DNA of 64,000 nucleotides, taken from Dehalococcoidia bacterium (GTDB taxonomy: Bacteria > Chloroflexota > Dehalococcoidia > Bin125). Below, piece by piece: positions 10,465 through 21,703 of the stretch (position 1 is its first letter; every line of letters begins with the position of its first letter). Location: the NCBI GenBank assembly GCA_963662615.2, contig CAXXSR010000002.1, positions 288,001 through 352,000 on the forward strand. Reading direction: 5' to 3'. A model generated the notes under the pieces. That model was not told the origin of the DNA. It made no database searches and worked only from the letters and a program-made list of their open reading frames with translations. The position numbers and the translations under genes were made by a program.

Positions 10465-11301
10465 CTACTCGTAGACGTGATTGGGCAGGAACTCGATCGC
10501 CCGCACGGCCATCTGCCCACCCGTGTACTGGATGCCGGTTTCGTCGTGTCCGGGAAAGATGAAGCCGTCCGTCTCTTTGGCGATGCTCTCAATCTTTGCG
10601 CCCGAGGCGGCGTGGCTCTCGGCGCTGGAGTTCACGAACTGGGGAACCGGCGGCGGGCCGTAGGCTTCGTGCGTGGCGATGGCGTCGCCGGTGAGGATTG
10701 CCCAGCCTGTCTGGTTGAGGCGGGTCACGATGCCCATGGAGCCGGGTGTATGACCCGGCAGGCTGATCGTCCAGAGGTCTTTGAGGATCTCCTGATCGTC
10801 GTACAGGAGGGTGGGACGCTTGCGCGCCAAGAAGCCCCAGTCCGCCCGGCTGAAGAAGTTGTCCGCTTCCCTGATCTTGCTCACAAACCGATGCTCGTCT
10901 TCGTGGACCAGGATCTCGGCGCCCGCCTCCTCGAAGAGGCGCAGACCGCCCGCATGGTCCGCGTGGAGATGACTGACGATGACGTAGCGGAAGTCCTCCG
11001 GTCCCAGGCCGACGCGCTTCAGACCGCTCTCCAGGAGGACTTCCGGCGTCATCTCACTGAGGTCGCTCATCCCTTGCCACTCGGCCGGCCACTCCGCCTT
11101 GAAGTTCGCGGACATCCCCGTGTCGAAGAGGACCCGGCCCTCCGGGTGCTCGATGATGAACGCGATCGAGGGGCAGCGATACCAGCGCCGCGACGCCTCA
11201 CTACGCCCCGGCAGCAGCAGATCGCTGGGATTGGGGAATCCCAGGAGGGCGTAATCCATGCCCCAGTAACCCAGGTTGAGCCCCTTCAGCTTGATGCCCA
11301 T
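10465..11301 (-). CDS. Metallo-beta-lactamase fold N-acyl homoserine lactonase family protein
   Basis: LFDTG, SHLHADHAGG, PGHTPG, GD, PGHD motifs. Confidence 0.85.
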   Translation of the reverse strand: MGIKLKGLNLGYWGMDYALLGFPNPSDLLLPGRSEASRRWYRCPSIAFIIEHPEGRVLFDTGMSANFKAEWPAEWQGMSDLSEMTPEVLLESGLKRVGLGPEDFRYVIVSHLHADHAGGLRLFEEAGAEILVHEDEHRFVSKIREADNFFSRADWGFLARKRPTLLYDDQEILKDLWTISLPGHTPGSMGIVTRLNQTGWAILTGDAIATHEAYGPPPVPQFVNSSAESHAASGAKIESIAKETDGFIFPGHDETGIQYTGGQMAVRAIEFLPNHVYE

Positions 11302-11512
11302 CGTAAACTCCATTCCCTGCGCGGAACCGCCCGCGGGACCTACGCCGCGCCATCGCCCCTCCCGGCGCGGATCGGCTGCGCGGGAGGGAGACGCGTACCG
11401 ACTGCGGATACTCGGGCAGGGATAACAGGTTTCCGTCAGCGCTGCCAGGCGTCGATCCCACACGCTCACACGAGCGAGTGCCAGCAGCGAGTGCTGGGCA
11501 CGGCACAGCAGC

Positions 11513-11596
11513 GCTGAAGCCCGAGATCGCCTTCCGCGTCGATGTGCGAGTTCGGCCATCACAGCAAGTTGAGGGTGAACGGCAGCCTTCACTCGT
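11513..11596 (+). repeat. 84-bp direct repeat, copy 2 (orphan osmC 3' remnant)
   Basis: Encodes LKPEIAFRVDVRVRPSQQVEGE, as at the end of 5722..6192. Confidence 0.9.
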
Positions 11597-11679
11597 GGCC
11601 GTGCACGAGGACGGTAATGCCAAGATGACGACGGGCCGCCCACGCATCGCCCCGTTGGGCGGCTGCCAAGAGGTTCGGG

Positions 11680-12051
11680 CTACTTTGAGGGGACAAACTT
11701 CATCGACAGCGAGTTGACGCAGTGGCGCGTGCTTTTCGCCGTGAGCCTCTCGCCAAGGAACACGTGGCCGAGGTGGCCGCCGCAGTTCGCGCACTCAATC
11801 TCGATGCGCTGGCCGTCCGGGTCGGACAGACGCTTCACGGCACCGGCGACCTCGTCATCGAAGGCCGGCCACCCGCAGTGGGCGTCGAACTTGTCCTCGG
11901 AGCGGTAGAGCTGGGCGTTGCAGCGTCGGCAAACGTAGGCGCCGGCTTCGTAGAAGTCATCGTACTCGCCGGTGAAGGGCGGTTCGGTGTGTTTGGCCTC
12001 GATGACGTACCTCTCGCGCGGCGTGAGCTCGTTGTAGTTCGTGCCTTCCAT
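11680..12051 (-). CDS. msrB: Methionine-R-sulfoxide reductase
   Basis: TEPPFTGEY, CxxC pairs, CGWPAF, HLGHVF, RHCVNS. Confidence 0.95.
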   Translation of the reverse strand: MEGTNYNELTPRERYVIEAKHTEPPFTGEYDDFYEAGAYVCRRCNAQLYRSEDKFDAHCGWPAFDDEVAGAVKRLSDPDGQRIEIECANCGGHLGHVFLGERLTAKSTRHCVNSLSMKFVPSK

Positions 12052-12376
12052 GGTTGGAGCGACCGCCTCTCTGAAGCACGTGGTCAGCAGTCTACAGGGA
12101 CCGAGCGGTGCGGTTCTGTCAGATCTCAGACCACGAGTCCTCTGCTCGCGTCGCGCTGACCCGCGACCTGGAGAGGACTTGCCGGTGGACGGTCCGCACT
12201 GTGCCTCCGGAGCGACTAGCCGCCGGGGGCGGCGAAGCTCCCTCGGGTGCCGCACGTTCGCCTGCGGGGCCGCCTTGGCTGAAGGTTGGCAGGCCGAGGT
12301 CGCCTTCTGCTCCACTTTGACCCCGTAACGTTTGCATTCCTCCGCTGTCTACAGATGGACGATCAGGAGGGCGATC

Positions 12377-12757
12377 GTGCGTGGGACCCTCGGCACAGCC
12401 ATGACCGCGAGTGTCGTGCTGATCGCGGCCGCTCTGGCGGCGGCCGGCGGATCGCTGCGTGCTGACAGCCCTGCGGGCGAGGAAGTCTCTGTAATTGAAG
12501 ATCTGACCGCGCCGCTCGACGGGGAAGCGCTCGCGGCCGTCGAGGATCTCACGGCCGCCGCCACCGGCGCGGGTGTTCCGGCGGTTGAACGCCTTGATGA
12601 ACGTTCATCAGGCGAGGCGCAACCGGCCAGCGGTGAGCCACTCCCAGAGGCAGCCGGCGTGGCGCATGACGCAGCTCCGTCCGCATTGCCGGGACCCGTT
12701 GCGCTTCCGAACACCGGCTCTGGGGGGCTCGCAGCTTCTCCACCCGGGTGGTCGTGA
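12377..12757 (+). CDS. Hypothetical secreted acidic protein ending in LPNTG motif (possibly truncated)
   Basis: AGGAGG RBS, hydrophobic N-terminus, ALPNTGSGGLA near C-terminus with no following TM helix. Confidence 0.5.
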   Translation: MRGTLGTAMTASVVLIAAALAAAGGSLRADSPAGEEVSVIEDLTAPLDGEALAAVEDLTAAATGAGVPAVERLDERSSGEAQPASGEPLPEAAGVAHDAAPSALPGPVALPNTGSGGLAASPPGWS

Positions 12758-12930
12758 TACGCATTCGAGGATGCGCACGCTGAGATCCCAGCGGTGAAGT
12801 GGGGCCAGCGCGCACCTTGTTTGTGTCCCAATCCTTATTCGGCCAGGCCTATACGCCTTTCATTGCGACATTGCGCCGAAACCACACGGAGAGAGCTGTC
12901 CGTTCCGGGGGTCGCGTCCTGCATCAGTAC

Positions 12931-12978
12931 TGCCTTGAATTGAACTTTCCGTCGGAGAGGTCTGTCCGACCTAGGGTC
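12931..12978. repeat. GTCGGA-N8-TCCGAC palindromic repeat, copy A
   Basis: TGCCTTGAATTGAACTTTCCGTCGGAGAGGTCTGTCCGAC, 33/40 identical to 18744-18783. Confidence 0.8.
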
Positions 12979-13194
12979 CAAATCAGGGGCCGAGACTACC
13001 CCCGTCCTGTGCTGCATGGATACGGCCACGGGGACGATTGGGTCGGTCGGACGCTGTCACAGACACATTTATCCGGCATAGAGTCGAGCGTGGGATCCGC
13101 CGCCGGATAGTGGTCAAATCTGGAGTGTCTGCCTGACAACCCAATCTTTTCACGCCGGAGAAGAAGCGAATTTCGGACTGCGCACACCGGCGCG

Positions 13195-14634
<1,440 letters not shown>

Positions 14635-14995
14635 CGGGACCCCGCTTCCTGACACTCGCTCGGGCGTCGGCAGTCTAACTCCGACGGCCGGGAGATCGCT
14701 GGTGATCTCCGCCCGCACGACGCCGACGGTTGCTACGCTGCGGTGAAGAGGCAATATTCATGAGGGATTCTGAGCACGTACGCAGACTGATTCTCGGCGT
14801 TGGTTGTGCTTGCGATTTTGGTTGGGCACGATCGAGATCTCCCCACAAAGTCCGACACTATGACGGGCGTGATGTGGACAGGGAGGCTGCCAGCAGAGCG
14901 CGGTGCATGCCCGACTCTAGGTGGCGGCCTGATCGGGAGCTTCGACCCGCCTCCGCGGGTCGTTGACAAAGAGAGCGAGCGATCAAGGAGGAGAG

Positions 14996-15523
14996 ATGAC
15001 CACCATCGACTACATCCAGGGCACTCTGGACTTCGTGCATCGCGCTCTGGTCGACGCCCGCGAGGGGACGGACGAGCAATTGCACTTTGTCCCAGATCAT
15101 GGGAGCCACTCGATCGCTTGGTGCCTCTGGCACACAGCCCGCGTTGAGGACCTCATCGTGAACGCTCGCATTCGCGGCGAGTCACCGATCTGGAACGAGC
15201 GGTGGGCGGAACAGACTGGTCTCCCGGCCGACGGATTTGGCACTGGGCAGTCCGACGAGGAGGCACAGCAGGTCCACATTGCCTCGATGGAGGCACTCGC
15301 CGAGTACCAGGGGGCGGTGTGGGCGCAGACCGCCGAGTACCTCGACGGTGCGACCGATGCGGACCTCGAGCGTGAAGTGCCGGCCCGCCAGGGGACTGAG
15401 ACGGTCGGCCAGGCCATCTCCCTGCACATGCTGGGGCACTTCAACGGCCACCGCGGCGAGATCAACACGCTGCGCGGCATACAGGGCATGCCGACCGTGA
15501 TGGCGGCACAAGGAACCCACTAA
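14996..15523 (+). CDS. DinB family protein
   Basis: SIAWCLWH..ED and HxxGHRGEI metal-binding pattern; AAGGAGG RBS. Confidence 0.85.
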   Translation: MTTIDYIQGTLDFVHRALVDAREGTDEQLHFVPDHGSHSIAWCLWHTARVEDLIVNARIRGESPIWNERWAEQTGLPADGFGTGQSDEEAQQVHIASMEALAEYQGAVWAQTAEYLDGATDADLEREVPARQGTETVGQAISLHMLGHFNGHRGEINTLRGIQGMPTVMAAQGTH

Positions 15524-15865
15524 GGCGTCCAGGGAGCACCCCGACCCTGCAGGAGCAGGCGGCGCTCCGCTCTGCGGTTGCTGATGTTGGCGGCCGCGGC
15601 AACCTTCCCTGCCCAAAACGCCCTATCTCCGCGTCGTCTTCAAGTCCGGTCAACCTTGTCTTTCTCGAAGTGGCAGGGAACGGGCCGCGCGTGGTGGTCG
15701 TCGGCGTCATCAGCTCCGAGGGAACGATCGGGTTCCTTGAAGTCCCCGCCAACGACTCCCCGTGAGGATCAGCAGGCCAGCCTCCGGCCCTGTACCGAAC
15801 TCTATGTCGGACAGGTCGGTCATCCTGTGGAACCGCGCCCGTGTCCTGCAACAGGGAGCGGGTCG

Positions 15866-16879
15866 CTAATTGCTTGCCCGGCGCCACTTGCGCAGGCTGA
15901 CCACCTCCCGGGGCGGCTTCATGCGGCTGCCCACTTCGACGTAGGACACCTCCGCGACGTAGATGTCGCCGCGCGAATCGGTCGCGATGGAGTGGGGCCA
16001 GAGAAACCGCTCAGGCGATTCCCCAGGCAACGAGGCGCCGATCCGTGTGACGAGCTCCCCTTCAGGGGTGTAGATCGAGACCCGGTGCCCCAAGTTGGGC
16101 ACGCCCAACTGAACCGGCGGCGGGCCCTGTTCGGCGATATAGAGGTGGTCGTCATCACCGCGACCGCGAGTGACCGCGACGGCGTGATGCACGTGCCATG
16201 CGCGCACGAACTCGCCTTCGACCGTGAATTGCTGGACGCGGTGGTTCTCCCGATCGCAGACGATGACGTGGGAATCGTCGACCATGGCGATGTTGTGGGG
16301 CAGGCTGAATTGACCGTGGTCGGAGCCGGGCTCGCCCCAGGAAAGAATGTGCTGGCCGTCGGCGGCGTAGCGATGGACGCGGGAGTTGCCGTAGCCGTCG
16401 CTGACGAAGATGTCGCCGTTGGCCTGGGAGATGGCGAGGTCAGTGGGCTTGTTGAAGGGGTCGCCGCTCTGGGGTGGCGCCGGGTCGCCGCTGCCGAGCG
16501 TCATCACCGGCGTGCCCGAGCGGTCGGTTTTGGTCAGTTTGTGCATGTGTACGTCGACGAGCCAGAGGTAATCGTCGGGGTCGACGCGCACGGAGTGGGG
16601 CCAGCCGAAGCGGACACCGCGCCAGACCAGGCGGGTGACGCCATAGGGGTCGACGATCTCGTCCATGTCGCCGTGCGGCGTGTCGTTGCCCCAGTGGTCG
16701 ATCATGTGGCCGTCGGCGTCGAATACCAGCATGGGCATGTTGCCCCGGTTGAAAACGTAGACGCGGTCCTGGGAGTCCACGGCGACCGAGGTAGCCTCGC
16801 GGAGCCAGAAGCCGTGTGGGATCTTGGCCCAGCCCGGTACCGGTTCGTAGGTCGTGGCGGTGGTGGGGGGTCCCGGCAT
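15866..16879 (-). CDS. NHL-repeat beta-propeller (PAL-like), paralog of 9114..9989
   Basis: FNKPTD, VSDGYGNSRVH, FSLPH, VCDRENHRVQ. Confidence 0.85.
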   Translation of the reverse strand: MPGPPTTATTYEPVPGWAKIPHGFWLREATSVAVDSQDRVYVFNRGNMPMLVFDADGHMIDHWGNDTPHGDMDEIVDPYGVTRLVWRGVRFGWPHSVRVDPDDYLWLVDVHMHKLTKTDRSGTPVMTLGSGDPAPPQSGDPFNKPTDLAISQANGDIFVSDGYGNSRVHRYAADGQHILSWGEPGSDHGQFSLPHNIAMVDDSHVIVCDRENHRVQQFTVEGEFVRAWHVHHAVAVTRGRGDDDHLYIAEQGPPPVQLGVPNLGHRVSIYTPEGELVTRIGASLPGESPERFLWPHSIATDSRGDIYVAEVSYVEVGSRMKPPREVVSLRKWRRASN

Positions 16880-17115
16880 GGTTCTCGTCCTCCCTGCTTG
16901 GTGGGCGCGCCCGTCGGTGGATCCGACGCCCGACTCTTTTTGGTCGCGCGCCCGGCGGTTGGCTGCTCATGTGGAATCGTGAGGGCAAATCAGGATCGCT
17001 TTCCGGCGGGCACCAAGCGATCGGGCCGGCAGGGCCATTAGGCTTCGTTCATTCGTCTTATCCTTTTGGTTGATCCAATGGGCCCGCAGTGGAGCGCGCC
17101 TCCCGAATCGCCGCG

Positions 17116-17245
17116 TCGAGATCAGCGCAAAGTCCGATTCTACGTCGGACAGGTCTATCCGACTTAGCACCGGATGTTGGAAGATCAGGACCTAAGTCGG
17201 ACTCTATGTCGGATAGACCTGTCCGAGATAGAAATCGATTCTCGT
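17116..17245. repeat. Inverted pair of GTCGGA-N8-TCCGAC palindromic repeats
   Basis: Perfect 19-bp inverted repeat 17145-17163/17208-17226, plus a nested 10-bp IR 17158-17167/17192-17201. Confidence 0.85.
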
Positions 17246-17320
17246 CCTAACTGGGTCGATTGTAACCAACCGCTGTTCGAGGTGCGGTGGGAAGCCTCAC
17301 GGCATGAGGAGGGGACCGGC

Positions 17321-17809
17321 ATGACCGAGCTTGTTTCGATGGCCCAGACGATCGGCGCCCTCTTGAAGGAACGGGGCGAAACGGTGGCGGTGTCGGAATC
17401 GTCCTCGGGGGGGCTGGTCTCGGCGGCCCTGTTGGCGGTACCAGGCGCGTCGGCGTATTTCGTGGGCGGCGGCGTCATCTATACCCAGACCGCGCGCCAC
17501 GTCCTGCTGGCTCTCGATCTCAAGGATCATCCGGGGGTGCGCTCCAGCAGCGAAGCCTACGCGCGATTGGCGGCGTCGGCGCTGCGCGGTCGCCTCGGGA
17601 CGACATGGGGGCTCAGCGAAACCGGTGCCGCTGGCCCCGCGGGAAATCGCTATGGCGATGCGGCCGGCCATACCTGCATCGCCGTCGCCGGCGCGGCCGA
17701 ACATTCCGAAACCCTCGAGACCGGCGTGGCGGACCGCGAAGAGAACATGTGGTTGTTCGCTCAGAAAACCCTCGAGGTGTTCGAGCAAGTCGTTCGTGGC
17801 GCTGGCTGA
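17321..17809 (+). CDS. CinA C-terminal domain protein (NMN deamidase PncC-like)
   Basis: AVSESSSGGL, GASAYF.GG, ETGAAGP. Confidence 0.85.
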   Translation: MTELVSMAQTIGALLKERGETVAVSESSSGGLVSAALLAVPGASAYFVGGGVIYTQTARHVLLALDLKDHPGVRSSSEAYARLAASALRGRLGTTWGLSETGAAGPAGNRYGDAAGHTCIAVAGAAEHSETLETGVADREENMWLFAQKTLEVFEQVVRGAG

Positions 17810-18081
17810 TGCTGGTGCTGGCTGATGCGATCGCGAGTCTTGCATGGGGGTTTCGACGCCATGACCGGCGAGTACAGCGTCCCCGGGTGACGGTGCGTGC
17901 GGCCGCGGGTTTGGGCACCTGCTTGGGCAGCAGGGGCTCCTTCGCACGCCGAGGACCCACGCGCGCCGCCGACGTATCAAGTGCTCAGACGACTATGGAG
18001 AGGGGTCCGGCCAGCTGGGCACGTCCTCTGGTAGGATCGTGCCGGACAGGGACGCTCCCTCCACGAAGAGTGAGGCCACGC

Positions 18082-18390
18082 ATGTGGGGAATGATCGCGC
18101 GCATGCAGGTCAGAGCGGATGTCCCCGAAGCGTATCTGCTGGCGCAGGTGAACGCGTTCAGCAGCAACCGCATGAACGGCATGGTGAGCGTCACCTTCTA
18201 CCGTTCCGATGGCGACCCGCGCGAGCTCTGGATGGTCGCGATGTTCGAGAGTCAGGAAGCGTACCGAAAGAACGCGGAGAGCCCAGCTCAGCACTCGGTG
18301 TATCTGACCCTTCGGGCGTGCCTCGAGCGCGACATCGAGTGGCACGACGTGGATGCGATCGGGTCAATGGGCAGGGCCCAGCCGAAATAG
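18082..18390 (+). CDS. Small ABM-like (dimeric alpha/beta barrel) protein
   Basis: MWGMIARMQV...FESQEAYRKNAESPAQ...EWHD pattern; 3' part of ORF 17605..18390. Confidence 0.6.
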   Translation: MWGMIARMQVRADVPEAYLLAQVNAFSSNRMNGMVSVTFYRSDGDPRELWMVAMFESQEAYRKNAESPAQHSVYLTLRACLERDIEWHDVDAIGSMGRAQPK

Positions 18391-18743
18391 TCCGTCCCGG
18401 AAACCGCCGGGGCACAGAGACGGCGCGTCAATGATGGCCGCAGTGTAGGCGGTCTCGAGAGCATCGGTCGCTCGTCGACTGTCCTCAGCACACATAGCGG
18501 AGTCAACTAGCGCAGCACGCGTGGCAAGCCGTGCCGCGGGGCTGCAAGCGGCATGCGCGGCGGCCGCCTTGGCCGCATCGTAGGTCGCCGAGTCCCGCTG
18601 CACCATCGCCGCCGTGCTGGGCCTGGGTCAGGCAGCGATTCGCTTCGTGACGCGGACCTAGCTCGACTCAACGGCCTGCTTCAGTATCCGCACCGTGTTG
18701 GGCGCCTCCTTGCGGAAGTTTCGCTCGGTGCGTCTCTGTGCCG

Positions 18744-18790
18744 TGCCTTGAATCGAACTCGACGTCGGACAGTACTGTCCGACAGAGAGT
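18744..18790. repeat. GTCGGA-N8-TCCGAC palindromic repeat, copy C
   Basis: Perfect 20-bp palindrome GTCGGACAGTACTGTCCGAC at 18764-18783. Confidence 0.85.
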
Positions 18791-18971
18791 TACTCGGCCT
18801 TGTCGCTCCGCCGCAGCGACGATTGCCTCCAGGGGATATGTACGAATACATCGGGGCGGCGTGAACGGCGATGCGGGCGACCTCCGCGCCGTCATTGATC
18901 CCGGACGCCCGCGATTGACCCTTCCGCCCGTCGCCCTTGCGCGCACCCCACCTGGTTGCCGAATCAGGCGG

Positions 18972-19420
18972 TCAGCGGATGGCCGCGCCGGCGGGCTGAA
19001 ACTCCGGCATCACCGCGCTCGCGGACCACTGCAGCTGCTCGATGATCACCTGCTGCGGCGTGGCCATACTCGCCTGGACGTTGACCATTTCGAGGCCCGG
19101 CGCGGCGTCACCCAGTGCATGCAGGTACTCGATGAATCCCTGGGGCGGACCGCAATACCAGCTGCGGTTCTCGCAGGCCTCGTCGAGGGCCGGGATGCCC
19201 GCCGCGGCCCAGCCGCCGCGCTGTGCGACCGCGTCGAGTTGCTCGTCGCTGAGGCCGCGGAAGAAGCCGATCGGGGCGAACATCTTGATGTGTTCCTCGT
19301 AGAACGGGGTCGCTTCCTTGATCGCCTGTGCCTTGGTGTCGGCGAGGTGGAAGTTGACCCCGACGGCGAGCCCTTCGCCGAGCTTGGCCTCGATGCCGGC
19401 GCGACCGAGCGCGCCGGCCC
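18972..19420 (-). pseudogene. LLM-class flavin-dependent oxidoreductase, C-terminal fragment
   Basis: FHLADTK..A, WYCGPP, EQL....VMPEF are typical of the luciferase-like C-terminus; N-terminus absent. Confidence 0.7.
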
Positions 19421-20122
19421 TGGGCGCAACGCTGAGGCAAGCGCATCGCACTCAGGGCGAGGTGTTGCACTGGGTTCATCAGGCGCCGAAACCCAAACCG
19501 CGGCGCCTGGTCTTCCTCTGCGACATCTCCGGCTCCATGAACCAGTACTCGCGGGCGACGTTATTGTTCCTGCACACGGCCGTGCGCTCACGCCGCAATG
19601 TGGAGGCGTTCTGCTTCGGAACGCGGCTTACTCAAAGTCACACGAGAACTGGGCAGCGGATCGCCCGAGGACGCCCTGCAGCGCGCCGCCGCGACCGTCG
19701 TTGATTGGTCCGAAGGGACACGCCTGGGCCAGTGTCTACAGGCGTTCTGCGCTCGCTGGGGGCAGCCGGGCCTGGCCCGCGGGGCGGTGGTCGTGATCAT
19801 GTCCGACGGCTGGGACCGCGGGGACCCGGCGTTGCTGGCCGAACAGATGGCGCGCTTGCGCCGCCTGACCCATCGCATTATCTGGGTGAACCCGTGCAAG
19901 GGCTCGGCGGAGTACGAACCGTTGGCGCTGGGGATGTCGACGGCGCTGCCCTACGTCGACGAGTTTCTGGCGGGCCACAACCTGGCCAGCCTAGAATCCC
20001 TGGCTGTGGTCATCGGCGACGCGCTAGGGCGGCGCCCGCCGGGCAGGTGGCGACCTTTCAAAAATGCGCCAGTCGCGTTCACCGATTTACCGGTGCGAGG
20101 GCTGACAGGACCAGTCCGCTAG
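19420..20122 (+). pseudogene. CoxE-like VWA domain protein, 5'-truncated and frameshifted
   Basis: LCDISGSM, FGTRLT, then +1 frameshift at caaa (~19635), WSEGTRLG, SDGWDRGD, IIWVNP. Confidence 0.8.
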
Positions 20123-20227
20123 CCGTGGGAGGGCAAGACCCCATCGCTATCTGGTACGCAATGTCTGAATCCGACGCGGATGGAGTTTTAAGCCACCACA
20201 GGTTTGAGGCCGGCACAACCACAAGAT

Positions 20228-20983
20228 CTATGAATGACCCGCGTCGCACCGCCCCCGCCAGGCGCCGCACGATCCTGCGGGAGCCAGTGGAGGCCGCGTG
20301 GCCGCTCGGAGCCGGCTAGACATCGGCGGGATGGCGTTGAGGTGCTGCTCCCGAAGATCGTCACGCGTCGGTCCAGGGAGCGGGAGCTCACCCGCCAAAA
20401 TATCGTAGGCAATAACACCAAAGGCGTAGACATCCGTCGCGGAGGCGGGCCGCCCCGGGCGCCACTGTTCCGGCGCCGCCTACGGCGCGGTCATGGCGAG
20501 TCTCTTCGTATCAGGTCTCGTGGTCTCCTCAGCCTACCTGGAAATGCCGAGATCGGTGAGGCACCATTCGCCACCGAGGAGGAGGACGTTCTCTGGTTTG
20601 ACGTCGCGGTGGACGACGCCGAGGTCGTCGAGCGTAAGCACAGCCTCCGCCACATTAGACAAGATTGCTACCGCGGTGTCTGGCTGTGACCGCTGCCGCT
20701 CCAGCTCATCTCGAAGCAACCGATCGGCCCTCGGCATCGCGAGAACCCACTCGTCACGCGTCTCGACCCAGTCGATGATCGGAACGACGTTGGGAGCGTC
20801 GTGCAGGGACTCTGAATCGGCGAACAGGAGCTCCCGCTCGGCGGATGGATCTTTCAGGACTAACTTCAGCGCGCCTGGCTGCCCGTCTGGGCCAGCCGCG
20901 GCATGGACCCGGCCAAAGCCACCTCGGCCGATGACGTCATGAACCTCCCACGTACCGCGTTCAAGCTGAACCGTCATTGCCAT
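20228..20983 (-). pseudogene. Hanks-type Ser/Thr protein kinase with two in-frame TAG codons
   Basis: GRGGFG, HRDVKPEN, DLGISR*AE...AP*AAPEQW, DVYAFGVIAY all in one frame; 3' end approximate. Confidence 0.8.
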
Positions 20984-21230
20984 TCGTTCGGCTTACGCGG
21001 CCAGAGCAACCATCGACGGTCTGAGTTTACCCACCATGCCACGTCCCGTAGCAGTCGGCCCGTAGCACACACAGCGAGGAGACTGCCGACGACCTTCGCT
21101 CCGCGGCGGCTGACCTGGAACGGCCGATGCCGGCGCAAGAGCGAGGACAGGCTCCTCTGTGCGGTCAACTCTCTCGACTATCCGGCGGCACACTATGGCA
21201 ATGTGGTCATGGCTCTGAAAGGAGGCGCCC

Positions 21231-21440
21231 ATGACGACCGCCTGCGCCATCCCCGCTCAGTTCGGCAATTCCGCCGCCGGCTGGGAGCGTGCCCTTGACG
21301 CCTTCCTCGCCGAGAAGGAGCGCCGCTCCGGCTCCCGCCGCATCGTGGAAAGCTACTCCCGGATGCTGCAGCACTTCTTCGGTCAGCTGGGGAAGCCGCC
21401 GGAGCAGGTCCGTCCGCCTGAGGTCTTGGCCTGGGCCGTA
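21231..21440 (+). pseudogene. Tyrosine recombinase/integrase N-terminal (SAM-like) fragment
   Basis: WERALDAFLAEKERRSGSRRIVESYSRMLQHFFGQLGK..V resembles the integrase core-binding domain; no catalytic domain; next to a tRNA 3' end; AAAGGAGG RBS. Confidence 0.65.
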
Positions 21441-21605
21441 GGGGAGGCACGTTCCTCGTGCGTCCTCGCTCGTGTCGCCTCGTGCTGCCTTACATCACCC
21501 CGTTGGGCGCCAGATGGGCGGCAAATCGTGGTCGGGCCGGTCCTGCGTGGGACGGTCGGGTTGCGGCGACGGTGCTGTTCGACCGTCGCCAGCAGATAGG
21601 AAAGG

Positions 21606-21703
21606 TGGCGGGAGCGCATGGGAGTCGAACCCACCCAGGACAGCGCGAGCTGCCCCGCAACGGTTTTGAAGACCGCGAGGACCACCAGGCCCCTTCCGCT
21701 CCC
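21606..21703 (-). tRNA. selC: tRNA-Sec (anticodon UCA)
   Basis: GGGAGCGG..., 6-bp D stem with UGGU loop, CU-UCA-AA anticodon loop, long variable arm, GUGGG-UUCGACU-CCCAU, GCCA end. Confidence 0.95.

Noticed and set aside
12755-12790. UGA followed by a hairpin as a possible Sec codon with SECIS
   Set aside because: The hairpin is too close to the UGA, there is no redox-motif context, and the readthrough peptide looks non-coding.
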